This document shows, piece by piece, positions 29,221 through 40,995 of a stretch of 64,000 bases of DNA (the stretch's first letter is position 1; each line of letters begins with the position of its first letter). The notes under the pieces were generated by a model. That model worked only from the letters and a program-made list of their open reading frames with translations, ran no database searches and was not told where the DNA came from. Origin of the DNA: Eledone cirrhosa. Taxonomy: Eukaryota. The DNA lies in contig OZ024749.1 in NCBI GenBank assembly GCA_964016885.1, positions 6,076,001 through 6,140,000 on the forward strand, read 5' to 3'. Made by a program: the position numbers and the translations under genes.

Positions 29221-30000
29221 TATATATATATATATAGATATATATATATATATACATACATATATATATATATATATATACATGGTGGCTGCCAACTCGT
29301 TTTCGAGTACGGCCACTACTTTATATCCATGTAGAAGAACTCCTACCGATGCGCCGAACGAGTGTGACTTTTTAGCCCAGCCAGCGACTTGAAAACTCTG
29401 GTACAAACACTACACTTGTGACAATCATTGACACATAGTGCTGGGCCCATGGTACCATGTGACGACTAGTGCAGAGAGATCTCCAGATATAAAACAATGC
29501 CTGTGCCGTGAAGCTTTTATAGTGAGCAAAGGCACTGCACAAAGCCAGTCCCACTCTCTTAACCAAGAAGATATTTACCAAAAAGAAGAACATGTCAACA
29601 TCATTGGATATATATACATACATATATATCTACATACATACATACATATATATACATTCATACATATACATACATACCTACTAACCCATGCTAGCATGGA
29701 AGAACGGACGTAAAACGGTGATGATGATGATGATATATATATATATATTTATATATATATATAAATGGAAAAAATGAAATTTCATTTCTCACTCTTAGTA
29801 CGGCTGATACTTTGTCAGTGTTGAACAAATAGGGCAGCGATGGTTGCCGAACACTGTACGGTTTAATTCGGGCTGTTTGTTTACAAACAAACCGAGCATT
29901 ATAATAAATGTTAGGTAAGCCCATACGTACATATATATATGTGTGCATGTATGTATGTATATACATGCTACTGTACGTATACATACTTACATATATATAT

Positions 30001-30428
30001 ATAAATCAAGAAAGAAGAGTGACACGGTTTGCTATACAAAAACGGTTTTTAATCACATTGCTGACAATTGTTTCTCTGAACAATTCATCAGAGCTAGCTC
30101 TGATGAATTGACTGGTTACAACTACGTATTGGTGAACGAATGACGCAAAAGCAGGCAAGTAGCCATCTCTAGACCTACCAGTTCAGAGAAACAATTGTCA
30201 GCAATGTGATTAAAAACCTTTTTTGTATAGCAAACTGTGTCACTTTTCTTTCTTGATTTATCATTTCTCCAAGTGTTAACAACAGAAATCACCGCGTACT
30301 CGCAGCATCACTATGGAAACGCCTTGTTGAGTCAAACTTAGCCAAGCATTGATATCATTCACTACTCGGAGTACCCTAACTGCACTACACATAAGTGGAC
30401 TACCTATAGCAATAATTTGTTATCCCGT
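30001..30428. mobile_element. Fold-back hammerhead element, family H (IR 30001-30261, tail to about 30428)
   Basis: Perfect apex aattcatcagagctagctctgatgaatt; hammerheads on both strands; (TA)n flanks. Confidence 0.85.
30097..30202 (+). ncRNA. Hammerhead ribozyme with long stem-loop II
   Basis: gct-CTGATGA-attgactggt..(about 60 nt)..accagttcaga-GAAA-caattg-TC-agc; GUC triplet. Confidence 0.7.
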
Positions 30429-30858
30429 ATATATATATACAAGTCTGTAGGAACAAGACATGGTTGTCTGACCTGGCTAGTCTGATAACATGACAATTAA
30501 TCCATGCAAGCATAAGAGATTGCTATTTCAGCAGTGACAATGGCTGAATGAATACGCACGAGTGTTTATTCTACCCCATTTTTTTTTCCACTTTTTCCCC
30601 CTTTCCTTCCTCTCATTACTCTTTACTTTCTATTTATTTTCTATTTCTAACTATATTTATCTTCTTTTTCTAACTATATTCCACCCTTGCAAGCAGGGAA
30701 GAGTGGACGTAAAACGATGATGAATGAACTTCTGATGAAGGACTAGTATCCAAATGTTAAGACTCTCCTGCTGCTATTCCAAACTTTAAACTTACATGTA
30801 CTGTGCCATCTTTCTGTTATTTCTGTTTACTTTTTATATATATATATATATATATGCA

Positions 30859-31009
30859 CCATATTTCCCGGCATCGAAGATGCTACTTTTTTCCTAAAAT
30901 AAGTCTCAAAAATCTACCATGCGTCCTGGAGGCCAAAGGTTGTTTATTATTTTTTTTCAAATTGTGGGTGTCCTTGAGGACGAAGCTTCTTCGGTGCCAG
31001 GAAATACGG
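30859..31009. mobile_element. Tc1/mariner/pogo-type MITE
   Basis: TIRs ccatatttcccggcatcgaaga / tcttcggtgccaggaaatacgg in TA context. Confidence 0.75.
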
Positions 31010-31013
31010 TATA

Positions 31014-31081
<68 letters not shown>

Positions 31082-31085
<4 letters not shown>

Positions 31086-31477
31086 CGTTTCTGAATTTGT
31101 TTAACAAGATTCTTTATCTGAAATCGTGTGTTGAAACCGATATTGTTATACTTTGGGAGGGTCATGTTGCCAATAAGAAACACACGCACCAGTTGCTTTC
31201 ACTTCAATTTATTATATATTTATAAATTTATAAATTTACAAATTTACAAAGTTATAAATTTCTGGTTGGTTGGTTGGTTCCACAACCAGATAGTTGTTTA
31301 TATATAGTCATAGTCCTTTCATCACACACTCTGTGACCTCTTCAGTGACTGGGGATTCCTTTCTTCGTTTCTGTGCCTTTCCTTTCTTCTATCCTACGCC
31401 ATATAATAAATTGAAGTGAAAGCAATGGTGCGTGTGTTTCTTATTGGCAACATGACCCTCCCAAAGTATAACAATAT
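31082..31477. mobile_element. Fold-back pLTR element, family I (tail 31082-31139; arms about 31140-31216 and 31402-31477)
   Basis: Inverted arms; hammerhead in loop; copies at 44350-44620 and 59972-60199. Confidence 0.85.
31306..31350 (-). ncRNA. Minimal hammerhead motif (family I)
   Basis: agtca-CTGAAGA-g gtcac agagtgt gtgat-GAAA-ggac-TA-tgact; 5-bp stem I. Confidence 0.7.
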
Positions 31478-31491
31478 ATAAATATATATAT

Positions 31492-33180
31492 ATATTGTTA
31501 TATTTGTGGAGGGTCATATTGTTGTAATATTATTGCCAGAAATAATAACAGAACACACTCACTCTTTTTGTATTCTATCTTTGTTTATTAGTGTGTGTTT
31601 ATATGTGTTTGTTGTTATTGTACTTGTGTATATATTTATTTATTTATATTTCTCTTAAGTCAGTATTGTTTGTTTGGGTGTTGTTATTCCATTCATTTTT
31701 TCTGTTTTGCTTGCTTCTCTGATTTGCCTACCTGTTAGGTCATTTCTATGTTTAGATATCATTTTAATTTCTATGTTGTCTATATTACCGTCATGTCTTT
31801 GTCTGGCGTGTTCGTATAGTACTGAACCGTTTTTTGTCCTTTTAGTTCCCCCTAGTGTTGGTCTACCCTTTCTCCTATGCTTCGAGCTGTCTCACCTATG
31901 TATGTTGTTGTCATGTTTCTGCAGGTACTCTCTGTACATCTTATGCTATAGACTACATTTCTAGTTTTATAGTTTGTCTGGGGGTTTACTTTACATATAA
32001 CACATTTCTCATTAGTACAGTGGGTTTTCTTAAAGGGGTATATTTTGTTGATCAGGGATTTTATGGTAGTTCCTGGATTTTCTACCACTTTAATCTTTAA
32101 GTGTGTCTTTCTTAGGGCCTTTCTACATTGGTTAGCTAATTTCCCTCCAGGGGTAGCATCCACGAACATGACACTCTGGTATCTCTGGTTGTCATACCAT
32201 GAGGTGGCTTTCCCTATCTTATGTCTAGCCCTATCTAAGCTATTCCATGATTTGCTCCTGTATAATGGGCAAATTCCTTTCATGTTCGGTTTTATGACGT
32301 TTTTATAATTCTCCGTGGCTCCTTCGAATACTCTGACTCTGTCTCTTTGGTTGTAGCCAGAGAACTGCATGTGGTTGATGAAGTGTTGGATGTGTCTTTC
32401 CCTTTCTGTTGGGTAGCACATGCGGGACACATTCTTCATCACTCGTAACAGGTCTGCGATCACAATATTAAACTTAGCACTACTGGACATTGCTGAGTTT
32501 TTGAGTATCAGGTATTTGGAGGCCTTGGGTTTAGCATAGTGTGAGTGGAGAATTTGGGCCATCTCATCTATAGTGTTAATCCAGAGTTCCGTGTCTAATA
32601 CAGGTACTCTATGGTTAGGGTGTTTGGAAGGGTAGTCGATAGTTACAGTTATACTCTGGTGTATGGAATTAGCTATCTGTTGGATGCTTTCCATTGTGCT
32701 ACATTCTAAATCATACTTGTTAGTACTCTCTTGTGGGGGTGTTCTTATTACTATATTAATGTCGTCTACGTAATGAGAGTACCTGATGAGGTCTATGGAG
32801 CTCTCTTCAAGGAGATCTTTGAGTCTCCTTTCCCACCATACCATAAATAGATTGGCATCATCACCAGCTATGCTGACGCCAATGGCTGCTCCCTCATTTT
32901 GTAGATCTTTTCACTGAATTTGAATATATGGCCCTTTAGGGTAGTTTTAATACTAGCCCCTATTGCTAGTTGGTAAGTAAGTGATAAACATTGATGGCCA
33001 AATGAATTAACTATGGAGATATAAAAGATACAGAAGCGAAACCCAACCAGACAGTGAGTGTGTTCTGTTATTATTTCTGGCAATACTTTTACAATAATAT
33101 GACCCTGCCCAAATATAACAATATTTGTTTTGACACACAATTTCATATCAAAATCCTCACAAAACAAATTCATCGCCGTT
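31492..33180 (-). mobile_element. Penelope-like retroelement, 5'-truncated, with inverted terminal repeats (31492-31563 and 33053-33123) and tail to 33180
   Basis: RT + GIY-YIG remnant between inverted termini; (TA)n on both sides. Confidence 0.9.
31670..32972 (-). pseudogene. PLE reverse transcriptase (C-terminal half) + GIY-YIG endonuclease, frameshifted with in-frame stop
   Basis: GAAIGVSIAG..ANLFM, YSHYVDD, PVLD, C..C.IC linker, NVVYSIRC..C...YIGET.R; homology continues past the stop at 31852 (SVLYEH..H, RQIREA). Confidence 0.9.
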
Positions 33181-33627
33181 ATATATATATATATATATAT
33201 AGTAGAAGTAGTAGTAGTAAAATTAAATGCAAATACCAAAATACAGATAGAACTCAATAAGAGTGGTATGTATATGTATATATATATATATATATATATA
33301 CACCTGTAGAACAAATATTTATTATTAGCACAGGTTAGAAGCTTAAGCACACAATTTCTGCTTTCACCCTTGTACAGGATCAAAATGTTTTTACTTAAAT
33401 ATTTAATCTGTGCTAATATTTATATTTATATATATATAAACGAGTAAACAAGGAAAAAAGCAGAATAGGAGAATGATGATATATATTAGTTTGAAAATTA
33501 ATATAGTATGAAATGGGGCGTAACATTCGAATTGGCTTTGCTCATCCACACATGTCTGTCTACTAACCTTGAAATTATAAAGACCAACCAGATGTGAGAA
33601 AAACCACAGACCCTCCATCTCAACTCA

Positions 33628-33665
33628 CCTTTTGAAAAGCAGAAGAACTGCGAAACCGGTAAAGG
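33628..33665 (+). ncRNA. Minimal hammerhead with U3-A8 covariant core (family J)
   Basis: cctt-TTGAAAA-gcag aagaa ctgc-GAAA-ccgg-TA-aagg then AATAAA; downstream sequence repeated at 12772-12837. Confidence 0.7.
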
Positions 33666-34214
33666 AACCAAATAAATATATATATTTTAAAAAAAATAAG
33701 ACTTCAGTTGCATTTTCGATTTCATCCCTTTTTCTTTATATATATATATATATACAAACATATATATATATAAATATGTAAGGTCACCAGTTGGTGCGAC
33801 TGGTAACATGTATTCCAGTACAACCTATGTCATGGTCAGGTCATTGGCGACTAAACTGGCAACCCCACCAAGGTTTCTTGGTGAGGAGGGTGACTTTGGA
33901 CATCCTGCAGGACTAAAAACAAAACCTGAGTTCTTCCGATGATTTGATTAGGCATACATTGTATTTAAAATTGAGTGACACAACTTCATGTGATTAGCAA
34001 TTTTTAGACACCCTAATCAATGAAACAATTGTTAACACTGTAAATAAAACCATTTTTGTACTGTTGACCATGTTATTCTTCACTCTTTCACTATATATAT
34101 ATATATATATACATAATAGTAGAACACTAGAGGGTTATATATGTAGTAGTAGAGCACTCAGTCCACAGGGTGAGTTTGATAGAAGTAGTTCCGCAACAGT
34201 TAGTTCACCATTAC

Positions 34215-34253
34215 CGAGAACAATTGTTTCACCTTATGCAGATCATCAGGTCA
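34215..34253 (-). ncRNA. Degenerate minimal hammerhead motif
   Basis: CTGATGA-tctgcataaggt-GAAA-caattg-TT; weak stem I. Confidence 0.5.
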
Positions 34254-35750
34254 GTTTAAATGAGGTCGTACGTACTTCCATATCATCATCATCGTTTTTA
34301 TGTCCGCTTTTCCATCCTTGCATATATATCACATATGTATTCGGGTGTGTGTGTGTGTGTGCACACATGCATGTGTGTGTATGTTTGCTAGTGAAGAGAA
34401 TGAAGAGTAAGTAGAAGTAGATATACCTCCATGAAAATCACATCTGTGTGACAAAATACTGACAGAAACCATGGTATTTTTTTTCTTTTCCTCTTCCTCT
34501 CTCTCTCTCAAACTCTTCCTTCCTCTCTCTCCCTTCCTATATATTTCTCTCTCCTTTGCCCCCCCCCCCCTACATACATTCTTCTTCTCTATCTCATCTC
34601 CTTTCTCCTTGTCTCTCCATCATATAAACCAGCTTTTACAAGAGTCACGTTGCCAATTAAAACACATACACCAGTTAGGTTTTAATTCAATTATTTTTTT
34701 TTATATTAACCAGGTAATTAATCCTTTAATTAGTTGGTTAATTCACTAACTAATTAATTATCAAATTCCTTTGATCACAGTCTGTGTCATTATTGATGAC
34801 AATACAGTTATCAGTGGGATAAAGTTGAAGTAAATGGAGATAAAAAGGAGACACAATGGGCAAAAGCCATTGATAAGGTTACAGACTGTGATGAAAGGAA
34901 TTTGATAATTAATTAATTTGTTAATTAACCGCCTGATTGATAGACTAATTACTTGATTCATAATAAAACCGAAGAGAAACTCCACTGGTGTGTATGTTTT
35001 AATACTTGTAATATCAAACCATTTGGAACCATCCCTGTCTTCACAATACAAAAATGTTTCTTTTAAAATGTTCATCATAATTTATGTAAGAACCTTCGTT
35101 AAGTTATGTTCCAAACAATTGATAAATAACAAGAAATTTAGTTATATTTCTAAATCCCTGTAAAAATCTTGATTATTTTTAAATTAATTTGAAATCAACC
35201 ATTTTCCTTAAATGCAAAGATGTATATTTTAAAGTATTCATATCTATCTAAAATCCCTCCATCATAATCTTATGTAAGAACCTTCATTAAGTTATAATCC
35301 AAACAACAGAAAAATTATTCAGAAAATTAATTATATCATCAAATTAAATCTCTTCAAAATGTTTGATAATTTTCAAACTGTTGTTTCAAATTGAAAATCC
35401 TAGGTAGAGCCTTTCATTAGAAATATGGAAATGAAATATTTCGTTGGCAGCATGACCCCTCAGAAATCATGGAAGAGAAATACAAAAACGAAAACTAGAT
35501 TAAACAAGATTCTCACTGTTACAGTTAACATTTACAAAACTGTGGACCATTCACCTTCAGAATTTTTTTCTATCTTTCAGTAAATGTTTTTGTTTTTTTT
35601 TACTTTCTTTTGTTGTGTTGTTAAATTCTAGTGAAAGTATACATATTCAATAAAAATATTCAAGAAACAGCAAAAAAAAAAAAAAAAAAAGAATAATAAT
35701 AACAATAATAATAATAATAATAATAACAATAATAATAATAACAATAATAA

Positions 35751-38700
35751 CACCACCCACCCCATCATCTGTGTACACTAAACACAACAGCATTTTCACC
35801 TTCACCGCCACCGCTCACTACGGCCATCATTACCACCACTATCCCATCACCGCCGCCACCACCCCTTGACTCCTTCACTGCTGCTGCCACCGCTACAGCA
35901 CCATCACTACAGTAATACGGTCGCATCACCGCCACCACTGCCTCGGTATCGACATCACCACCACCACTGTCTCAGTATCGCCAACGCCGCCAGTCTCCCA
36001 CTTCTCCCTGCTGGCTGCTACTTCCACATTATAGAATTCCTACTACTAACAAAGAGGAAGGCATCAAAATATATAGATAGACTCAAAAGAAAAAAGAAAA
36101 AACAAACAACAAAACCAAAGCAGCACAGCAACAACAGCAAAAAACGAGAAAAACAAACAGAGAAAAACAAAAACAAAAAAAGAAACCCCTAAAACGTAAA
36201 GAAAATAAGAATGAAGAGAGAAGCAGGCGGACGGACAGAGAAGAGGGGGGAAAAAGTAAAACTTAAAAAACAAAAACTAAGTCAGACATGCGAATACTAC
36301 ATTACAATGAAACTTATGCTTATTCATTTTTGGGGCCCTTTCTGCCCGTGTGTTTGTTTGTTTATGTGTGTTCGTATACAGCGTGGTGATAATGCCACAC
36401 AAGGGCCAAGTGGGATGGCGGATCCACAGATGGCTATGTAAACATACATTCGCCAATCCTCGATAAGAGTGTTTAAATATCGAACATAAACAGTTCGAAT
36501 AACGGTGAAATGGAGACTAGAACGTCATGTGACAGACTCTCACCCAACAGGTGCCCCCTGGCTCAGCAGCAGGAACCTGACTGTCAACCAAATACTGCTG
36601 ATGTTGGAGGAAGAAGAAGAAGGAAAGGGGCCAGAACCAACTGGACGAAAGAATTGAATAGAACTGTTATGCAATGCTACCTGAAAAGTAACCCCAAGGA
36701 GAGGGGCTACAGGAGACGGATGCATAACATCTGGAACGAGATTGGTTTATTTAAATTAGATGAACAAAAATTGGCCGGGCAGGCTCGGGTAATAAGAACT
36801 AATGGGTGGATAAGCGAGCTGGAACTGGAGGAACTGAGCAGAGAGAATGGCTTGGAGATGGCGGGTGTAGTATGCCAGACAAGCGAGCCGGCGGGAAATG
36901 AAGGTGAGGAGGTCCTGAGAACGGAGGAACCACCCGAAGCAGACAATGATCTGAATACTGAGATAAATAATACCTGGAACAGAGATACGGCCACTGAGGA
37001 GATGAATGCTGACGGGCTAGGACAAGATTCGGTTGACATCCTAAATTTAGTGGTAGATGAGTTGAACAATGATAGTGGGAGACCTATGAACCTAAGATTT
37101 GTAGACAGGAAAAAGTTAAAAGAAACAACAGCTAAGGTAAACAAAGTCATCCCATACCTTGAGGCGAGGAGTCTTCACCAGTGCAACAATATCCTCAAAG
37201 CAACAGCAAATACGGTGAGGAAACTACTTGGTATAAAAGCGAGAGGAAACAACAGACAAGAAAGAGCAGAGCCATGGTGGAAGAAGCGACTGAGTGGGCA
37301 AATCGGGGAAATGAGAAATGACATAGGAAAGCTTGAGTCACTACTGAATGGGACACTAAAAAACATAGGCACTAAAAATAGACTGGAAATAAAATACAAA
37401 ACTAGGAGTAAAAAGCTAAATATTATCATAGAGGAATTGAAGCAACGCATTGTAGCAAAGAGTGCCAAAATCAGGCGATACGAGAACAGAGTCAGTCAGT
37501 ATAAACAGAACCGCATGTTCGACAACAACCAGAAGATGCTGTTTGGACAGCTTGAGGGGAAAGAAAGAGGCAACGACTTGATCCCTGGGGCGGAACAAGC
37601 TAAAACATTCTGGAGAGGAATATGGGAGCAGGATGTTAGACACAATGCCCAGGCAGGGTGGATTGAGACAGTACAGAGGGAGATCGGTGAGCAGGCACAA
37701 CAACAGACTGATTTGAGTATCACAGTTGAAACTCTTAAGGGGCAAGCCAAAAAACTAACCAACTGGAAATCACCAGGCCCAGATGGTGTGCAGGGGTATT
37801 GGATTAAACATTTAACATCCCTCCACCCGAAGCTGACGGCCATGTTCAATGACTGCTTGGTGTCGGGTGAGGTGCCAGAGTGGTTGACAAAAGGTACCAC
37901 AGTTCTGATAATGAAAGACCGAATCAAGGGTAATGATGTTACCAACTATAGACCTATCACATGTCTGCCCGTAATGTGGAAACTGTTGACGAGCATTGTG
38001 TCTGAGGAAATCTACCATCACCTCCACACAAACAACTTGTTACCGGACGAACAGAAAGGATGCCGAAAGAAGTCACGTGATACAAAGGACCAGTTGCTTA
38101 TTGATAAGATGGTAATGGGGAATTGCAGGAGGAGACACACTGATCTTGCCATGGGATGGATAGACTACAGAAAGGCATTTGACATGGTGCCTCATTCCTG
38201 GATCACCAAAAGCCTGGAGATCTTCAGGGTGGCAGATAACATCAGACAGTTGCTGGGCAGGAGTATGGGGTCCTGGGAGACAGAGTTGACATCAACTGGA
38301 GTATCCTTGGGAAGCGTGAAGATCAAGAGAGGTATCTTCCAGGGAGATAGCCTGTCCCCTCTGTTGTTTGTCCTTGCCCTGATGCCCTTGACCATTATGC
38401 TGCGAAAAGTGAGAGCAGGATACAAGTTGGGAAGGGGAGAGCTTACCATCAATCACCTCCTCTTCATGGACGATCTTAAGCTCTTCGGGAAAAGTGAGAA
38501 GGAGTTGGATGTGCTTGTTGACACTGTCCGTATTTTCAGCAGTGATATATGTATGCAGTTTGGTATTGGTAAATGTGGAGTCATTGTGATGAAGAGGGGT
38601 AGGTTGAGCAGAAGTAACGGGATCCAGATACCAACAGGTGAGATGATAAAGGAAATTGACTCTGAGGAAGGATACAAGTATTTGGGCATTCTGGAGGCTG

Positions 38701-39991
38701 ATGGCATAAAGAACAAAAAAATGAGGGAATTGTTAAGAACTGAATACATTCGGAGAGTAAGGAGCGTATTGAAGTCACATCTGAACAGCAGAAATGCCAT
38801 AAGCGCAGTAAATTCCCGAGCTGTGTCTATTATTAGGTACAGTGCGGGAATTCTGAGATGGAATGTTGCTGAACAAAAAGAAATGGATAGGAAGACTAGG
38901 AAGCTATTGACTATCTACAACATGTTCCACAAGAGGAGTGATGTCGATAGACTCTACCTAAGGAGATCTGAGGGTGGAAGAGGTCTTATCAGCATAGAGG
39001 ACTGTGTTCAGATGGAGAAAAACAACCTATACAAATACGTGACCTATAGTAAGGAGCCAATGCTCAGAACTGTACTGAAGGAGGGGACAGTAGGCCAGGG
39101 GATGTCCAAGGAGGAAATAACATCAAGGAGGAAGAGCAGCCTTAAGGGAAAATCCCTTCATAGTACCTTCTTTGAGAAAACTGAATTTAGAGATCCACAG
39201 ACATGGAACTGGTTGAGAAGAGGAGACCTCAAAAAGGCTACAGAAGGAATGCTAATGGCTGCGCAGGAGCAGGCCCTCAAAACGAAGTGGTTGAAGCACC
39301 ATATCTACAAGGAGGAGGCTAGCCCACTGTGCAGGATCTGTGGAGAGAGAGAGGAGACTGTGGCTCACATTGTGTCCGAGTGTAAACACCTAGCCCAGAC
39401 CCACTATAAGGGCTGGAGACACGATGTGATGGGCAGGGTGATCCACTGGCACCTGTGCAAAGTAAACAATCTACCACATTCTGAGAAATGGTATGAGCAT
39501 AGGCCAGAGGCGGTGATGGAGAACAGTCAGGTGAAGGTGCTGTGGTATTTTAGGATACAGACGGACAAAAAACTGGAACACAATAGACCTGACCTGGTGG
39601 TTGTGGACAAAGAAAAAAGATCGTGCCTGATTGTGGATGTGGCCTGCCCGTTCGACACGAGAGTGCAAGAGAAGGAGAGGGAGAAAATTAACCGATACCA
39701 GGACCTAAAGTGGGAGGTGAAAAGGATTTGGAACTGCCATGAAGTCAAAGTGATCCCGATTGTCATAGGCGCACTGGGGACTATCTCCAAAGGTTTCCAG
39801 GGATGGTTAAAGAAAATCGGCCCCTTCACGCTTTTTGGAACGCTTCAAAAGGCTTGCTTGCTTGGAACAGCAAGAACCCTCCGATACGTCCTGAATATCT
39901 GAGGCTGCAGGTAGTGGCTTGATATTCAATCCAACGGACTTTCCAGTTAACCAACATCAATGACTGAGATTCAAGGAATAAAAATAATAAT
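35751..39991 (+). mobile_element. R4/Dong-clade non-LTR retrotransposon, apparently full length; 5' boundary uncertain
   Basis: Single long ORF; (TAA)n tract at 35692-35750 upstream and aataaaaataataat at the 3' end. Confidence 0.8.
36510..39902 (+). CDS. Reverse transcriptase + CCHC + restriction-like endonuclease (1130 aa)
   Basis: KSPGPDG, YRPITCL, IDYRKAFD, GIFQGDSLSP, HLLFMDD, YKYLG, CRICG..ETVAHIVSEC, RHD, RPD..D..K..RY motifs; no stops. Confidence 0.97.
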   Translation: METRTSCDRLSPNRCPLAQQQEPDCQPNTADVGGRRRRKGARTNWTKELNRTVMQCYLKSNPKERGYRRRMHNIWNEIGLFKLDEQKLAGQARVIRTNGWISELELEELSRENGLEMAGVVCQTSEPAGNEGEEVLRTEEPPEADNDLNTEINNTWNRDTATEEMNADGLGQDSVDILNLVVDELNNDSGRPMNLRFVDRKKLKETTAKVNKVIPYLEARSLHQCNNILKATANTVRKLLGIKARGNNRQERAEPWWKKRLSGQIGEMRNDIGKLESLLNGTLKNIGTKNRLEIKYKTRSKKLNIIIEELKQRIVAKSAKIRRYENRVSQYKQNRMFDNNQKMLFGQLEGKERGNDLIPGAEQAKTFWRGIWEQDVRHNAQAGWIETVQREIGEQAQQQTDLSITVETLKGQAKKLTNWKSPGPDGVQGYWIKHLTSLHPKLTAMFNDCLVSGEVPEWLTKGTTVLIMKDRIKGNDVTNYRPITCLPVMWKLLTSIVSEEIYHHLHTNNLLPDEQKGCRKKSRDTKDQLLIDKMVMGNCRRRHTDLAMGWIDYRKAFDMVPHSWITKSLEIFRVADNIRQLLGRSMGSWETELTSTGVSLGSVKIKRGIFQGDSLSPLLFVLALMPLTIMLRKVRAGYKLGRGELTINHLLFMDDLKLFGKSEKELDVLVDTVRIFSSDICMQFGIGKCGVIVMKRGRLSRSNGIQIPTGEMIKEIDSEEGYKYLGILEADGIKNKKMRELLRTEYIRRVRSVLKSHLNSRNAISAVNSRAVSIIRYSAGILRWNVAEQKEMDRKTRKLLTIYNMFHKRSDVDRLYLRRSEGGRGLISIEDCVQMEKNNLYKYVTYSKEPMLRTVLKEGTVGQGMSKEEITSRRKSSLKGKSLHSTFFEKTEFRDPQTWNWLRRGDLKKATEGMLMAAQEQALKTKWLKHHIYKEEASPLCRICGEREETVAHIVSECKHLAQTHYKGWRHDVMGRVIHWHLCKVNNLPHSEKWYEHRPEAVMENSQVKVLWYFRIQTDKKLEHNRPDLVVVDKEKRSCLIVDVACPFDTRVQEKEREKINRYQDLKWEVKRIWNCHEVKVIPIVIGALGTISKGFQGWLKKIGPFTLFGTLQKACLLGTARTLRYVLNI

Positions 39992-40309
39992 GTGAATGAA
40001 TTTTAAGTGGATTAGAAAGGTTTTGTGACTTTTTGACATCTGTTTGAAAAAAGTATATTTTGTAGCAGAAATTTAACAATGTGACATGTTAAACATAAAT
40101 TGTTCAAAGACTGTTGTAAATCTATATTATACAAACTCTACAGCCTTTGTATCCGTCTGTCACAAACACAATGACTCTACGCTCTGTCAAAAACATTCTA
40201 AAAGGTTTATTTAGAATTCCTGGAACACAAATGTGACACAAAATGTGTGCAGGAGGCACAACTCTTACAAAAGAAGTAAAATGTTTTCATTCATATTAGA
40301 AATCAGTAA

Positions 40310-40995
40310 CGAGTCAATGGTGTTGTCTCTTCCTCTCCCTCGCTTCCTCCCACCTGTCTCTCTCTCTCTCCCTCCCACCTCACTCTCTCTCTCAGCATTG
40401 AGTCAATAGTATTCTCTCTCTCTCCCTCCCTCCCACCTCTCTCTCAGCATTGAGTCAATAGTGTTCTCTCTCTCTCTCCCCCTCCCACCTCTGTCTCTCT
40501 CTCTCTCCCTCCCACCTCTCTCTCCCACCTCTCTATCTCTCTCAGCATTGTGTCAATAGTGTTGTCTCTCTCTCTTTCCCTCATCTGTCTCTCTATCTCT
40601 CCCTCCCACGTCTCTCTCTCTCAGCATTGTGTCAATGGTGTTGTCTCTCTCTCTCCCTCCCTCCCACTTGTTGCTCTCTCTCTCTCTCATTCCCATCCTC
40701 TCTCTCTCTCTCTCACCCTCACTATCTCTCACTCTTAACATAACTATCCCTCTCTATTTCCCCATCTACCCCACCCCATTTCTCCCTCCCCCACCCCCTT
40801 ATCTCCCTCTCTCTCACTCCTCCTCTCCCACCCTCACTATCTCTCACTCTTAACATAACTATCCCTCTCTATTTCCCCATCTACCCCACCCCATTTCTCC
40901 CTCCCCCACCCTCACCCCCCTCTCTCTCTCCTGCTCTCCCACCTTCACTATCTCTCACTCTTAACATAACTACCCCCCCCCTTCTCTCCTTGTCT
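40310..40995. repeat. CT-rich low-complexity region with repeated ctcagcattg(a/t)gtcaat units
   Basis: Direct reading. Confidence 0.8.

Noticed and set aside
33778-33930. Possible RTE 5' end with HDV-like ribozyme
   Set aside because: Could not assemble a P1-P4 nested pseudoknot by eye; needs a descriptor search
36540-39829. Several minus-strand ORFs
   Set aside because: Antisense shadows of the R4/Dong ORF
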